In this document: positions 63,157-64,000 of the stretch, one piece after another | How positions within the stretch are numbered: position 1 is the stretch's first letter | How the letters are laid out: each line of letters opens with the position of its first letter | Sequence record: MT135025.1 | Direction: 5' to 3' (one strand) | DNA: 64,000 bases | Notes under the pieces: generated by a model | What the model was told of the DNA's origin: nothing | Seen by the model: the letters and a program-made list of their open reading frames with translations, nothing else | Database searches by the model: none | Program-made: the position numbers and the translations under genes

Positions 63157-63359
63157 GAAAATCAAGAGACTTCTTATGCGATAACTGTGGGTTCTCCACA
63201 ATCAAAATTGTAGAAGATGACGTTCATACACGACCATGTGACGAGTGTGCATTCCCGATGAAGCGAGTATTATCCGCTCCGGCAATTGGCTCTACTGACA
63301 ACATGGGTTCATGGAGAACAAATGGTACAGCGAGTAAGACCCCAGCGATTGGGAAATAA
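63153..63359 (+). CDS. FmdB-like zinc-ribbon protein
   Basis: DFLCDNCG...CDEC...MKRVLSAP. Confidence 0.75.
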   Translation: MRKSRDFLCDNCGFSTIKIVEDDVHTRPCDECAFPMKRVLSAPAIGSTDNMGSWRTNGTASKTPAIGK

Positions 63360-63455
63360 TCAGAATTACGTACAGCGTAATAAGAAACGGGCGTTTTGGA
63401 TGTCAGCTCCTATGACACATCAGAACCAGAAACAAGATAAAGGAGCAGATACATA

Positions 63456-63818
63456 ATGGGTTTTAGCTTAAATAGAGTACAGGGTGTTGTCACTAAAGGT
63501 GGTAACATCGGTGATGGTGAGTATGCTCGTATTTGGGCTTCACCAAATCGTAACTTCTTACAGGTAACTAACGATAACGTAGGTGACTTACTTGTCTTTA
63601 TTGGTTACCTACCAGAAGATATTCCTGCTCAGCGTGCATTAGGCAATTACTTCATCCTACAGGGTATGGAGCAAGGTAATGAGAAACAGGGGGGAGCCAT
63701 TTGGAATCCTAGTCCTGTAATCACAGACGACATCATCTTAGTTCCCGAAACGCCTGCTGTTAACTTTAAAGTATCGGTTGCTTCGGATAGCAAGGTTTCA
63801 TTGGAAACTTTTGCTTAA
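63456..63818 (+). CDS. Hypothetical protein, possibly structural
   Basis: AGGAG RBS; beta-rich sequence. Confidence 0.55.
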   Translation: MGFSLNRVQGVVTKGGNIGDGEYARIWASPNRNFLQVTNDNVGDLLVFIGYLPEDIPAQRALGNYFILQGMEQGNEKQGGAIWNPSPVITDDIILVPETPAVNFKVSVASDSKVSLETFA

Positions 63819-63837
63819 TTAAAACTTGGGAGAGTAT

Positions 63838-64000
63838 ATGGATGATTTAGAACGTTTGAAGAAACTAATTGCTGCTGAAGAAGATTGGAAACGAAAGAAT
63901 AAACTTAAGTTCTTTGAACCATATGATTGGCAGAAAAAGTTTATGTACGCTTCCAAAGAAAACAGACAGAAACTAGCGATGTGTGCTAACCGTATTGGTA
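63838..64000 (+). CDS. Terminase large subunit of segment B, 3'-truncated
   Basis: MDDLERLKKL...FFEPYDWQKKF...LAMCANRIG (start of Walker A). Confidence 0.85.
   Translation, partial: MDDLERLKKLIAAEEDWKRKNKLKFFEPYDWQKKFMYASKENRQKLAMCANRIG

Noticed and set aside
1-64000. Prophage or single mosaic genome interpretation
   Set aside because: No integrase, repressor, att sites or host genes seen; duplicated packaging genes and the compositional break favour two separate genomes

Overview
The window holds parts of two unrelated lytic phage genomes placed end to end, with the junction near 49,150-49,270. Segment A (1 to ~49,150) is a siphovirus. Its + strand carries a 5'-truncated DNA ligase, TerS, a lysis cassette, TerL, head genes and tail genes, including an 897-aa fibre with LamG/SPRY/GH16 domains. 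Its - strand carries PolB, a beta-clamp-like protein, a complete 7-deazaguanine DNA-modification set (dpdA, folE, queD, gat-queC, queE), tRNA-Pro, a helicase, a Cas4-like nuclease, a DUF669 SSB, an AAA ATPase, an HslV-like threonine protease, MazG and a primase-polymerase. Segment B (~49,150-64,000) is visibly more AT-rich and almost entirely + strand. It resembles a phiEco32-type podovirus: small early genes, an amidoligase/ATP-grasp/glutamine amidotransferase cluster, four tRNAs, its own TerS, a lysozyme-like gene and the start of a second TerL. The strongest novel candidates are: (1) a shared N-terminal leader ending [LF]-x-S-x-G-[AFY]-G on the capsid, scaffold, SSB and a histone-like protein, in a phage that has no recognisable prohead protease but does encode an HslV-like protease; (2) a promoter family T[AT]GTCT[AT]G-N19/20-(-10) whose -10 boxes sit inside hairpins; (3) a structured RNA beside tRNA-Pro; (4) a 108-bp inversion inside an early gene of segment B. 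All family assignments come from motif recognition by eye; no database searches were run.
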